Below, piece after piece: positions 12,085-24,984 of a stretch of 64,000 nt of DNA. The stretch is from Mobula hypostoma (taxonomy: Eukaryota), in contig NC_086097.1 in assembly GCF_963921235.1 (NCBI RefSeq), positions 210,926,001-210,990,000 on the forward strand. Reading direction: 5' to 3'. A model generated the notes under the pieces. It had not been told where the DNA came from, did not search any database, and saw only the letters and a list, made by a program, of their open reading frames with translations. A program made the position numbers and the translations under genes. Within the stretch, counting starts at the first letter, position 1; each line of letters opens with the position of its first letter.

Positions 12085-13367
12085 TTGCAGCACAGTATAG
12101 ACTCTTCAACCCACAATGCTGTGTCAAACATTTAGCCTACTCTAAGATCGATCTAACCATTCCCACCTATGTAACACTCCATTTGTCTGTCTAGGAGAGC
12201 CTATCAAACAGTTTCTTAAATGCCTCTAATTTATCTGCCCCTACCGTCAGTCCTGACACAGTATTCTATGTACCCACCACCATCTGTATAAAGATCTTAG
12301 CTGTGATATCCCTTCTAAACTTTCTTCCAATCACCTTAAAGTTATGCCTCCTTGTATTAGCCATTTCTTCCCTGGTTAAAGGTCTCTGGCTTTCCACTCT
12401 ATCTATGCCTCTTATAAGACCATAAGACCATAAGACAAAGGAGCAGAAATCGGCCATTCAGCCCATCGAGTCTGCTCCGCCATTTTATCCTGAGCTGATC
12501 CATTCTCCCATTTAGGTCCACTCCCCCGCCTTCTCACCATAACCTTTGATGCCCTGGCTACTCAGATGCCCATCAATCTCTGCCTTAAATAGACCCAATG
12601 AGTTGGCCTCCACTGCCGCCCGTGGCAACAAATTCCATAGATTCACTATCCTCTGGCTAAAAAAATTTCTTCGCATCTCTGTTCTGAATGGGCGCCCTTC
12701 AATCCTTAAGTCATGCCCTCTCGTACTAGACTTCCCCCATCATGGGAAACAACTTTGCCACATCCACTCTGTCCATGCCTTTCAACATTCGAAATCTTTC
12801 TATGAGGTCCCCCCTCATTCTTCTAAACTCCAAGGAATACAGTCCAAGAGCAGACAAACGTTCCTCATATGTTAACCCTTATGTTATCTTGATATGTTAT
12901 CTAGAACTCCTCTATCAGGTCACTTCTCATCCTCGTTCTCTCCATAGAGGGAAGCACCAGCACACTTAATCTGACTTCATAAGACACGCCCTCTAGTCCA
13001 TGCAGCATTCTGGTAAATCCCCTCTGCACCCTTTCTAAAGCTTCCACATTCTCCTTATAATGTGGTGACCAGAACTGAACACAATATTTCAAGTGTAGTT
13101 TAACCAGGGTTTTACAGAGCTGCAACATTAACTCCTGGCTCTTTGAATTCAATCCCACAACTAATGAAGGCAAACATACTTTACATCTCCTTATCAACCC
13201 TATCAACTTACATGGCATCTATGGAGGCAGACCCCAAGATCGCTCTGTTTGTCCACACTGTCAAGAATCCTGCCAATAACCCTGTCTTCTGCATTTAACA
13301 TTGACCTTCCAAAGTGAATCACTTCACACTTTACAGAGCTAAACTCCATCTGCCACTTCTCAGCCCC
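12085..13367 (-). mobile_element. CR1 3' fragment hosting a nested CR1 fragment
   Basis: ORFs 12901..13218 (KYCVQFWSPHYKE) and 12266..12457 are consecutive parts of one CR1 C-terminus. Confidence 0.8.
12414..12880 (-). mobile_element. CR1 3' fragment (family E), nested
   Basis: (ataagacc)n tail on the + strand. Sequence nearly matches 20450-20930. Confidence 0.85.
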
Positions 13368-13552
13368 TGTAGAAGTAATCTACCAATATTACCCCTTTGC
13401 CCTCTCCCCATAGTCCTACATTCTTTTCTTCCTTTCACAGACTCATCAGCTCCCTTCTGCTTCCACTGCTATTCCTGGCAATGCATTCCAGATGCTACAT
13501 CACTAAAAGTACTCTTCCCCATGTTCCTTTTGCTTCGGAAACTCTCAGCTTC

Positions 13553-14144
13553 TGTTGGCTGCATAAGTCTAGGGAAGTCAGTTCTCTGGCCCCACCAAAT
13601 AGGTGAGATTGAGTGGTGAGATTGAGAGGTGAGCCCACCCTGAAACCTGCCCCCCCCCCGGTTTGTGTGGATGCTGTGTTATTTTGTTACCCTGTTTCAA
13701 ATCAGTACCACAAAATAACAGAGAGTACACTGCATACAATTAAACAATTTAGCTTTATAATTCTTAATTTGACTGCAGGGTTAGTGAAGAAAACGCAAAA
13801 AAACAAAAAAGGGGCCAATTTAATGAAATAGTCTAATGTGCACAAGTTGGAGCTCACAGTCTCCCTATCACCGATCATTCTTCAACCTCCTCGGTCTTCG
13901 TAGGTTCATGGCTCCACTCCAGGTCGAGTCCTACAACCTCTTCCCTCTGACATCTTCTCTCCTCACCTCCTGTTAAACAAAAAAGACCCAGATCACCCTG
14001 GTGTCAGGCACACAGCAGGAAAGCACCCTCCCATCATTGGACGGCTCACATTCCAAAGCACCCGTTATCTCTAACCATAACCCAAACAGTGCTTCTACAG
14101 AATGACCATTACATTAGCAGTGAAACCTTTCCCAGAGTGTTACA
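13553..14144. mobile_element. Solo LTR (592 bp), probably Gypsy/Ty3-like
   Basis: Starts TGT and ends ACA. 4-bp TSD cttc at 13549-13552 and 14145-14148. Interrupts an old CR1-like fragment. No internal coding sequence. Confidence 0.7.
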
Positions 14145-14704
14145 CTTCTTTCACCAACCACTTTCATTCTGGATTATGTATGTTAGGAACCCTCTCATAA
14201 TAGAACTATTGTTCTCAATCTACTCTGTCCATACACTTCATGATTAGGAAAGCTTGTAAATCACATACTTCTAGAGGAGTTGTTCATAGCAAATGAACAA
14301 GAACAGAGGAAAAAAGAAGAAAAAAACTTAAACTGCAGCTTTCAGAAATCAGAACTTAAGGAGAAATCTGGAAGTATTCAGCAGCTTGGCCACAATCTTA
14401 TTAAATGGCAAAGCCACTCTGGGATTCAAATAAACTCATCCTACTCCCAATGCATAGTTCAAGTACCATCTGTGAAGAGAAGTCAATGGAGTTAACGTTA
14501 TAGGCTGATGACGATTACAGTTCTGAGAGAAACTGAAAGATAGCTATCAAAGAAGATGGTTACACACTTGGCACCTTTTAGAAATTGTTCATATTTAAAT
14601 GTGTATTTCAAAGTATTACAAAGATTGTTTGAATAGCCACAGTAAATATAATCAACAAGCAGAATGCATAATGAACATGAAGACCAAAAGAAACCTATAT
14701 CTCC

Positions 14705-15652
14705 ATAAGACATAGGAGCAGAATTAGGTCATTCAGACCATCAAGTCTTCTCCGCCATTCCACCATGGCTGATCCCAGATCCCAGTCAACCCTATACACC
14801 TGCATTCTTGCTATATCCTTTGATGCCCTGACCAATCAGGAAGCAATCAGCTTCCACCTTAAATATACACATGGACTTGGCCTTAACTGCAGTCTATGGC
14901 AGAGCATTCCACAGATTTACTACTCGCTGGCTAAAAGAAATATACCTTACCTCTGTTCTAAAGGGTTGCTCCTCAATTTTGAGGCTGTGCCCTCTAGTTC
15001 TGGATACCCCCACCATAGGAAACATCCTCTCCACATCCACCTTATATAGACCTTTCAACATTTGATATGTTTCAATGAGATACACCCGAATTCTTCTAAA
15101 TTCTAGTGAGTACAGGTCCAAAGCTGCCAAACACTTCTCATATGTTAACCCCTTCATTCCTGGAATCATCCTCATGAATCACTTCTGGACCCTCTCCAAC
15201 GACAACACATCCTTTCTGAGATATGGGGCCCAAAACTGTTGACAATACTCCAAGTGCGACCTGACTAGTGCCTTATAAAGGCTCAGCATTATCTCCTTGA
15301 TATTTTATTCCCCTTGAAATAAATGCCAATATTGCATTTGCCTTCTTCAGCACAGACTCAACCTGTAAATTAACCTTCTGGGAATCTTGTACGAGGACTC
15401 CCAAATCCCTCTGTTTGAATCTTCTCGCATTTAAATAATAGTCCACACTATTGTTCCTTTTACCAAAATGTGTTATTATTTCCCAACACTGTAATCCATC
15501 TGCCACTGTTTTGCCCTTTCTTCCAATTTGTCTAAGTCCTGTTGCAATTGCATTGCTTCCTCAGCATTACCTACCTCTCTACCTATCTTTGTATCCTCCA
15601 CAAACGTTGCCACAAAGCTATCAATTCCACTATCTAAATCATTGACAAACAA
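14705..15652 (-). mobile_element. CR1 3' fragment, degenerate
   Basis: ORFs 14894..15175, 15273..15506 and 15476..15700 are frameshifted parts of a CR1 RT and C-terminus. Confidence 0.85.
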
Positions 15653-16459
15653 TGTGGCAGGAGCTATCACTTCAATACTGCCTTCAACAAACTTGGACAT
15701 GAGGCTTTCTAATCACATCTTCTGAGCTGTTAAGAAATATGGTGAATATCTGTCCCACAAAGACCCCACTAGCAATATGTTGCCCATATTATTACCTTAC
15801 ATTTATTCCTGTTTTTAATTTCCTACTATTTTGACAATTTCCCACCATTCTATAACGTGCCCTCAATCCTGTGAATTTTAACCTTAGCTGATGGTCTAAT
15901 TTAAAATTAATTGCTACTAATCCCTTGGTTTACTATGATTGATGAAGTTTATTGAATATTCCACATCTAAGTCAATATGTAAGAATGTTAAATATCTATA
16001 TGCCATACAGATGCTTTGATCTGTAGCTGGTCTTTTGTGAAATGGTTTTATTGACTCTTTGTGTGTTTTATAATTGGATGTATCAGTGATAGTGTCTCTA
16101 GGCAGCCTTCTACTATCAGATGACATCCAGAATGACAACACAAATTCTTTTCGGGTGTAATGTTTGAAGCCAGCATAAAGATATCTGTGTCCAATACACT
16201 GAGGCTTGTGAGATGGCAGAACTAAATGCTAATGAAGCCATTAAAAGTTACGCCTTGAAGATCACACAGATCTTGATCTCTCACAGAGTACAGGGGGATT
16301 TTTTTTTAAGAATCTAGGCTCCTATTCATGAACTTTAAACCACCCAATTTAAACTGCATGCTATTATTACACAAAGATCTTACATTACTCTCAGAATTTC
16401 TCCCTATTTTCTCAGGATATTTCCCTTTATTTCTGTTTAAGCTGTCAAAATGGAAAAGT

Positions 16460-16575
16460 TCAGAAGAGACTGTCCAGGTCGTGCATTTCAGCCAGCTGCC
16501 TCCTCTGCCTCACACCTTGGTGCCATCTCCAACTCTGCCACGGATACCGACACACAAAAACACACAAGGAGTATC
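16460..16575 (-). CDS. Candidate terminal coding exon of an unidentified host gene
   Basis: Strong acceptor tttgtttccctctctcag|GATAC. One frame reads YSLCVFVCRYPWQSWRWHQGVRQRRQLAEMHDLDSLF*, and AATAAA lies about 30 nt after the stop (16426-16431). Unique sequence, protein not recognised. Confidence 0.3.
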
Positions 16576-17454
16576 CTGAGAGAGGGAAACAAAAACCAAA
16601 AGTGTATGAAGGGAACAAGATATAAATAAAGACAAAGAAATAAAAAGGAATTCAAAAATCAAGATGTTGCAAGGAGGTATTTAAAAGATGCCAAGGGTAA
16701 AGAAGAGAACAATAAGAGACAAAAAAATAAAGAATGGGGGAAACAAGAGAATCCACAGGAAGAGGTTTGGAAATATCAGTAACTGAAAATTAGAGACATG
16801 AGCAGTGAAGACATTTGGGATTCCTCTTTCAAAATCAGAAATTCCACTACTGATTCCAAAAGTATTTTCTGTTGAGATACTTATTATTATTACATTTGAT
16901 TGAATGACAAAAAACACTATGGAAATTACACATTATAAATGTTCAGTTCAAAGTTGTAAATGTTGATTAGAATTCAAAGTGTTTTGCTGGAAAGAAATGA
17001 TTTTATTTGCCGCACTGATATTCAATTTTATACTGAGAGAGATAAATCGGATTGACCAGTGAAGGTACAGACACAACTTCTTTTCATTCAGCATGCAATC
17101 TTTTTATAATATCCATGCAAATTTCATAATAAGGCAATCAGTTTATAATCGCACGGAATGCAATTAAGTTGCCGTCACACACTGCCTGACCATTTAGCTA
17201 TGATTCATAAACTAGTTAAAATTGTAATTATTTACTCCATTTAACCATTAATCAAATCTTTCAATGCTTCACATTCTGTATTAAAAGGGCAATGGACATC
17301 TATCCTGAAAACGATAGGGTTGTTTGTAAGTGGTTTATTTCAGTTTTCAATCACCTTAGTGCTTTTGGAGTAATTTAATTTATTTTAAATACTGTAAATC
17401 TGCCTTTCAACTGCTTTTTCCCCATTGTCAAACAACTTTGAATTCTGAAGATAA

Positions 17455-18295
17455 TATCATAGAATCATATTCATAATCAGAATCAGGTTTATTATCTCTG
17501 ACATATGTCGTGAAATCTGTTGTTTTGCAGCCGCAGTACAGTGCAATACATTAAAAGTTACTATGTTACAACAAGAAATATAATATAAAATAAGAAAATA
17601 GTACAAAAAGAGAGCAAAATATGCTGGCAGTTGGGAAGATCCTATACCTCTTCCCTGATGGTCATAATAAGAAGAGGGTATGTCATGTATGATGAAGGTG
17701 TTCTTGATGGTGGGGAAGTTAACGTCCATGATGGAACTGGGTGAGTTGACAACCCTCTGTAGCTTATTTCAATCCTGTGCATTGAAGCGTCCATATCAGG
17801 GAGTGATGCAACCAGTTAGAATGTTCTCCACAGTAGATCTGTAGAAATTTGCTAGTCTTTGTTGACGAACTAAATCTTCTCAAGCTTCCAATGAACTACA
17901 GCTGCTGACATGCCTCCTTCATGGTTGCATCAATATGCTGAACCCAGGATAGATCCTCTAAGAAAAGGGCTACTCACCCTCTTCACTACTGATCCCTCGA
18001 TGAGGATTAGTGTGTGTTCTCCCCGCTTCCTATTCCTAAAGTCACAATCAGTTCCTTAGTCTTACTGGGTTAGAGTTACGTTTGTTGTTAAGACACCACT
18101 CAACCAATTGATCTATCTCATTTCTGCATGTCTCCTAATCTCCATCTGATCTTCTGCCAACAACAGTGTGTGTAATCTTTGACTTTATAGAGAGCATTAT
18201 AGTTGTGTCTACCCACACGGTCATGAGTGCAGAGAGAGTGGAGCAGTGGGCTAAGCACACACCCTGGAGTGCACCAGTGGTAATTATCAGCATGT
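17455..18295 (-). mobile_element. Rex1/Babar LINE fragment
   Basis: (agaatc)-type tail on the + strand. ORF 18135..18344 contains ITTGALQG, a degenerate TGAPQG RT motif. Confidence 0.7.
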
Positions 18296-19053
18296 GGACA
18301 TTAGGCTGCCCACTTCCATTCCACGGAACTACTGAACATGACAATAGAAGAAACAGAAGGAACAGGATTTTCTGTTGAGCCAGGACAAATGATAGAACTG
18401 AAGTCTATGAAAATCCAACTGTCACTGAGCTGAGGAAAGTAGTGCATTCTAAGTGGAAGGAATTAGTAGACAGCATCCTCCCAATAAGAACTGGCCTACA
18501 TTACAGGCAGAGGTTCAATGTCCTCTAAGGGTAGATAGACCACTCACAGAAAGATAGAGTCATAAGTAGAGCTTTCAGCACAAGGTTAATAGGGTCATAA
18601 AGAGGGTTTTTGCAACATTGGCCTTCATAAATTAGAGCACTGAATACAGGAGTTAGGACATAATGCTGAAGTTTTATAAGGTGTTGGTGAGGTAAAATTT
18701 GGAGTGTTATGTGCAGTTCTGGTCACCTATCTACAGGAAAGTCAGAATGAGTGCAGAGAAAATTTACAAGGATGTTGCTAGGACTTGAGGACCTGAGTTA
18801 TAGGGAAAGGTTATATAGGTTAGGACTTTATTCTCTGGAGCAGAGGAGAATGAGGAGAGATTTGATAAAGCTATACAAATAATGAGGCGTATAGATAGGG
18901 TAAATACAAGCAGGATTTTTCCTCTGAGGTTGGGTGAGATGAGAATAAAGGTCATAGGTTAAGTGTGAAAGGTGAAATATTTAAGGGGAACCTGAAGGGA
19001 AACTTCTTCACTCAGAAGTGATGGCAAGCATGGAATGAGCTGCCAGCGGAAGT

Positions 19054-22000
19054 TTGAAGTTCAAAATTTCATAGTAAATTTATTATCAAAGGACATATAT
19101 GTCATCATACACAACCCTGAGATTCATTTTCTTGTGGGCATTCACAGTAAATATAAGAAACACAATAAAATCAATGAAAGACAGACCCAACAGGGTGGAC
19201 AAATAAACAATATGCAAAAGAAATAATGAAAATACAAAAATAAATAAAACAAAAGAAAACAATAATAATAATAAATAAACAACAAATATCAAGAGCATGA
19301 GATGTATACAAGTGAGTCTATATGTTGTGGGAACAGTTCAATGATGGGGCAAGTGAAGTTGGGTCAACAGCCAGAAGGTTGAGGGGTAATAACTGTTCCT
19401 GAACCTGGTGGTGTGGGTCCTGTGCATTGAAGCCTCCTGTACCTTCTTCCTGATGGCAGCAGTGAGAAGGGAGCATAGCCTAGATAGTGGGGGTTCTTGA
19501 TAATTATTGTGTTCCTGTGACAGTGCTCCATGTAGTTATGCTCAATGGCAGATAGGGCTTTACCCATGATGGACTGGGCTGTTTCCATTACTTTCTGTTG
19601 GATTTTCCATTCTAAAGCATCAGTGTTTCCACACCAAGCAGTGATACAACAAGTCAATATTCTCTCCACCACACATGTCAAAGTTTGTCAAAGTTTAAGA
19701 TGACATGCTGCATCTTCCCAAGCTTCTAAGAAATTAGAGGGACTGTCGTGCTTTCTTCAGAATTGCACTTACATGCTAGACTCAGGACAGATTTTCTGAA
19801 ATGATAACACCAAGGAATTTAAACATGCTGTCCTTCTCCGCCTAGGATCCCCCTATGAGGACTGGCTCATGGACCTCGGTTTCCTCCTCCTGTAGTCAAT
19901 AATCAGCTCTTTTGTCTTCCTGTCACTGAGTGAGAGGTTGAGATTGTTATTGTTATTGTGGCACCACTCAGCTGGTTCAATCTCCCTCCTATATGCTGAT
20001 CCATCACTACCTTTGATTTGGCCAATGACAGAGGTGTTGTCAGCAAACTTAAATATGGCATAGGAGCTGTGCTTAGCCTCACAGTCATAGGTATGAAGTG
20101 AGCAGAGCAGGAGGCTAAGCACACAGCCTTATGGTGCCCCTGAGCTAATAAAGATTGTGGAAGAGATATTATTGTCAACCTGAACTGAATGGGGTCTGCA
20201 GATGAGGAACTAAAATCCAGTTGCGCAAGGAGGTATTGAGGCCTAGACCTTGGAGCTTATTCATTATTTTTAAGGGGATGATAGCATTGAATGCTGAGCT
20301 ATAGTCAATGAAAAGTATCCTGATGTATGCATCTTCACCGTACTGATGTTCCAGGGTTGAGTGAAGAGTCATTTCTGGAATCTTGACCTGTGGTGACATA
20401 GGCAAATTGGAGTCGATCCAATTCACTACTTCTCAGGCAGGAGTTGATATAAGACCATAAGACCGTAAGACCATAAGACAAAGGAGCAGAAGTCAGCCGT
20501 TCGGCCCATCGAGTCTGCTCCACTATTTTATCATAAACTCATGAGCTGATCCATTCTCCCATTTAGTCCCACTCCCCCGCCTTCTCACCATAACCTTTGA
20601 TGCCCTGGCTACTCAGGTTACCTATCAATCTCTGCCTTAAGTACACCCAATGACCTGGCCTCCACTGCCGCCCGTGGCAACAAATTCCATAGATTCACCA
20701 CCCTCTGGCTAAAAAAATTTCTTCGCATCTCTGTTCTGAATGGGCGCCCTTCAATCCTTAAGTCATGCCCTCTCGTACTAGACTCCCCCAACATGGGAAA
20801 CAACTTTGCCACATCCACTCTGTCCATGCCTTTCAACATTCGAAATGTTTCTATGAGGTCCCCCCTCATTCTTCTAAACTCCAAGGAATATAGTTCAAGA
20901 GCGAACAAACGTTCTTCATATGTTAACCCTCTCTTTCCCAGAAACATTCTAGTGAATCTTCTCTGTATCCTCTCCAACATCAGCACATCCTTTCTTAAAT
21001 AAGGAGCCCAAAACTGCCCACAGTACTCCAAGTGAGGTCTTACCAGCACCTTATAGAGCCTCAACATCACATCCCTGCTCCTATACTCTATTCCTCTAGA
21101 AATGAATGCCAACAATGCATTCATCTTCTTCACCACTGACTCAACCTGAAGGTTAACTTTAAGGGTATCCTGTACGAGGACTCCCAAGTCCCGATGCAAC
21201 TCAAAACTTTGAATTCTCTCCCCATTTAAATAATAATCTGCCTGTTTATTTCTTCTGCCAAAGTGCATAACCATACACTTTCCAATATCGTATTTCATTT
21301 GCCACCTCTTTGCCCATTTTTCCAATCTATCCAAGTCTCTCTGCAGACTCTCTGTTTCCTCAGCACTACCGGCCCCTCCACCTATCTTTGTATCATCAGC
21401 AAACTTAGCCACAAAGCCATCTATTCCATAGTTCAAATCGTTGATGTACAATGTAAAAAGAAGCGGCCCCAACACAGACCCCTGTGGAACACGGCAGCCA
21501 ACCAGAATAGGATCCTTTTATTCCCACTCTCTGTTTCCTGCCAATCAGCCAACGCCTTATCCACTATGTAACTTTCCCATAATTCCATGGGCTCTTATCT
21601 CGTTAAGCAACCTCATGTGTGGCACCTTGTCAAAGGCCTTCTGAAAATCCAAATATACAACATCCACTGCATCTCCCTTGTCTAGACTTTCCTTTAAGGA
21701 AACCATGCTGAGTTCTGCCTATCTTGTCATATGCCTCCAGGTACTACGTAACCTCATCCTTGACAATCAACTCCAATAACTTCTCAACCACCAATGTCAA
21801 GCTACAAGGTCTATAATTTCCTTTTAGCTTCTTTGCCCCCTTCTTAAATAGCAGAGTGACATATGCAATCTTCCAGTCCTCCGGAACCATGCCAGAATCT
21901 ATCGACTTTTGAAATATCATTGTTAATGCCTCCGCAATCTCCACAGCTACTTCCTTCAGAACACGAGGGTGCATTCCATCTGGCCCGGGAGATTTATCTA

Positions 22001-23275
22001 CCCTTAGACTATTCAGATTCATGAGTACTTTCTCTGTCGTAATTGTGACTATGCACACTTCTCTTCCCTGCCACCCTTGAGCGTCCGGTATACTGCTGAT
22101 GTCTTTCTCAGTGAAGACTGATGCAAAATACTTGTTCAGTTCCTCCGCCATCTCCTTATCTCCCATTACAATTTCTCCAGCTTCATTTTCTATCAGTCGT
22201 ATATTTACTCTCACCTGTCTTTTACTCTTTATATACTTGAAAAAGCTGTTAGTATCCTCTTTGATATTATTTGCTAGCTTCCTTTCATAGTTCATCTTTT
22301 CCCTCTTAATGACCTTCTTAGTTTCCTTTTGTAAGCTTTAAAAACTTCCCAATCCTCTGTCTTCCCACTAATTTTTGCTTCCTTGTATGCCCTCTCCTTT
22401 GCTTTAACTTTGGCTTTGACTTCTCTTGCAAGCCACAGTTGCATCCTTTTTCAATTCGAAAATTTCTTCTTTTTTGGAATATATCTGTCTTGCACCTTCC
22501 TCACTTCTCACATAAATTCCAGCCACTGCTGCTCTGCCATCGTTCCCACTAATGTCCCTTTCCAGTCAAGTTTGGCCAGTTCCTCTCTCATGCTACCGTA
22601 ATTTCCTTTACTCCACTGAAATACCGACACATCGGATTTCGGCTTCTCTTTTTCAAATTTCACAGTGAGCTCAATTATGTTATGACCACTGCCTCCTAAG
22701 GGTTCCTTCACCTCAATCTCTCTAATCACCTCCGGTTCATTACACAATACCCAATCCAGTACAGCCGACCCCCCAGTGGGCTCAACAACAAGCTTTCTAA
22801 AAAGCCATTTCTATAATGATAATTACCATCTCTTTTATTACTATCTGTTTAATTACAACCTCTTAAAGCACTTTATCTCAGTGGATGTAGGTGCTACTGG
22901 ACCATAGTTATTGTAGCTTGCCATGTTCTTCTTAGGCAATAGTATAATCGAAGCCTGCTTGAAACTTGGCTTCTATGTCTGGGCCAGATAATTTCCGAGG
23001 GTTCATCCTCTTAAAGGATGCTCCTATGTCAGTCTCAGATACTGAAATCGCAGGGTATTTGGGGGCTGTGGGAATTTGTGAAGATGCCTCCATGTTTTTA
23101 TGGTGAAAGTGAGCATAGAAGGCATTGATCTCATCTGGGAGCAAAATGTTATTGTCACCTGTGTCGTTTGATTGCACTTTGTAAGAGGTGATAGCATTCA
23201 AGCCCTATCACAGCCATCAAGCATGATTCAAGTTTGGTCCAGAATTGCCACTTCGCATGGGAAATAGCTTTCTGG
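19054..23275 (-). mobile_element. Rex1/Babar LINE, degenerate, split by a CR1 (parts 19054-20448 and about 22810-23275)
   Basis: Peptides [18 protein letters not shown] (20175..20426), IFKFADNT (19853..20122), LLPSGRRYR (19364..19681) and LPDEINAFYAHF (22932..23201). Confidence 0.85.
20449..22810 (-). mobile_element. CR1 LINE (family E), about 2.4 kb, degenerate
   Basis: ORFs 20618..21475 (KFADD), 21744..22295 and 22508..22747 (end of the APE domain). (aagaccat)n tail on the + strand. Confidence 0.9.
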
Positions 23276-23849
23276 ATTCAATTGCAACATTTAAGAGAAG
23301 TTTGACCAGGTACATAGATGGAAGGGTTAGGGAGGGTTATGGTTTAGATGTGGATCAATGGGACCGGGCAGAATAACAGTTCCACATGGGCCAAACAATC
23401 TGTTTCTCTGCTGTAGTACTCTATGGCTCTATACCTTCACTCACATTTTTACCAATAATCTTTCTCTACTTCACATCAGGGAAAATTACCCAGCAAAGTG
23501 CTTTCTTTCAGCCACTTACACATGCTGAACTCATATCAACACACAAGGGATCCTGCCTATATTTAAAGATGTTTATTCCTTCTCTAGCTGTCATGGATTA
23601 CAATATGTTTTAATCTTCATTACATCCAGAACCTTGTAACAGCAGCTGCACTGAAAGATAACTGTAAAACACACAACCATGGTGAAAGACCTGCTCTTCC
23701 TAGGAAGAGGCTGATGGTCAAAGGGTCTGTATTGAGATGCAGCCAAGATGTACAGAAAGATTGGTAATGCTGGGCTGGGTTCATTGTATGTGGTGTCTGT
23801 TTTCTGTAATAGTATAGAGTAAATCAACTTCATTTAAATTTTTTAAAAA

Positions 23850-24250
23850 AGATTTGCATTAAAATCTCATTCCTTGCACCTTCAAGATATTCTAAAGCAC
23901 TTTATAATTAATAAAATGTGCTCAAGTATTATCATTATAGAAATAAACAAAATCCAACAGTCAGCAAGCTTTCCTGACCACAGCATAAGAGTAACCTAGT
24001 GATGTATTTTCTTTGGTGTCTTGGTTATTGGGTTGAAATTGGTTGAGAGACAAATATACGGAGAAAACTTCCCTTCTCTTTTGGAAATCACAGCTGACTT
24101 TTTACATCCAGCTCAGGCGGCAGCCCAGCCTTTCAATTTCATATGAAAGAAGGCACTCCCAACACTGCAGGCATCCTTTCATGGACCAATGCTCACAAAT
24201 TGCTGAGTGGAATTTGAAAGCAGAACACTTAGATTCAGAGACACAAAAGC
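23850..24250 (-). mobile_element. Ancient Deu-domain SINE (SacSINE1-like)
   Basis: tttttacatccagctcagg...atgaaagaaggcactcccaacactgcag...gagtggaatttgaa resembles the reverse complement of the Deu domain and tRNA head of shark DeuSINEs (recalled consensus, highly diverged). Confidence 0.5.
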
Positions 24251-24984
24251 AATAGCTTCTGTTTATATAGTCAACCAGCCTCTTTCATAGTTAGATAGGT
24301 GTTTTAGAGAAAGAGTTGAGATATTCTGACATCTACTAAATCAATAGCTGCAGTAATATTCCTATTAAATTTTGACAGCTAAGCAAAGGGAATATTATGC
24401 ATTGATTTTTGGTGGATTGTCCTGGAAGAGAGAAAGGTGTTTAATGTCAAAGCACATACAGAGCTGGTGTGCCTGACTGGGTTACTTGATTCAAGTGCTC
24501 CTTTGTGATGAGCAGAAATAAATAGTTTTCAGCTTTTTTTTTTAAAAATTGGATCCTCATCCAAATTAAAATCAGACGAGAAGAGTAGCACTCTGGTGAC
24601 ACCACAACCCAGGGTGGGAAAAGGTTCATTTGTAGTTAAGAGTCCTCAACAGTAAAAAGGGCTGAGGTTTGACCTGAACAGAAATCAATTCAATTTCCAT
24701 ATAAAGCTTCTGGCAATCAGAGGGATCGCTTCAAAATATTTCTCGGCTTGCTATCGTCCATTGAGTGATATTTAATGAACATTCTATGATTCAGCTACTT
24801 CTTTAGCCCACTGCCGTGCTCCTAGGCTCCACCTTTTCAAAACTTTAATAGTTCCAAATCTTTCCTGCCTCACACTAATTCCCATTCACACACCCCCTAC
24901 TCCCATTGTCTGATATTAGATTAGATTAGATACTCCTCAATGCCTTAACTTTAATATTTTCTTCTATATAATCATATAGATCAT

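Larger units (their letters stand above)
18575..23432 (+). mobile_element. CR1 3' fragment split (18575-19053 and about 23275-23432) by a Rex1 insertion
   Basis: CR1 sequence ...ggaatgagctgccagcggaagt breaks at 19053 and resumes as ttcaattgcaacatttaagagaag at about 23277, ending in ctctatggctctat. Confidence 0.75.
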
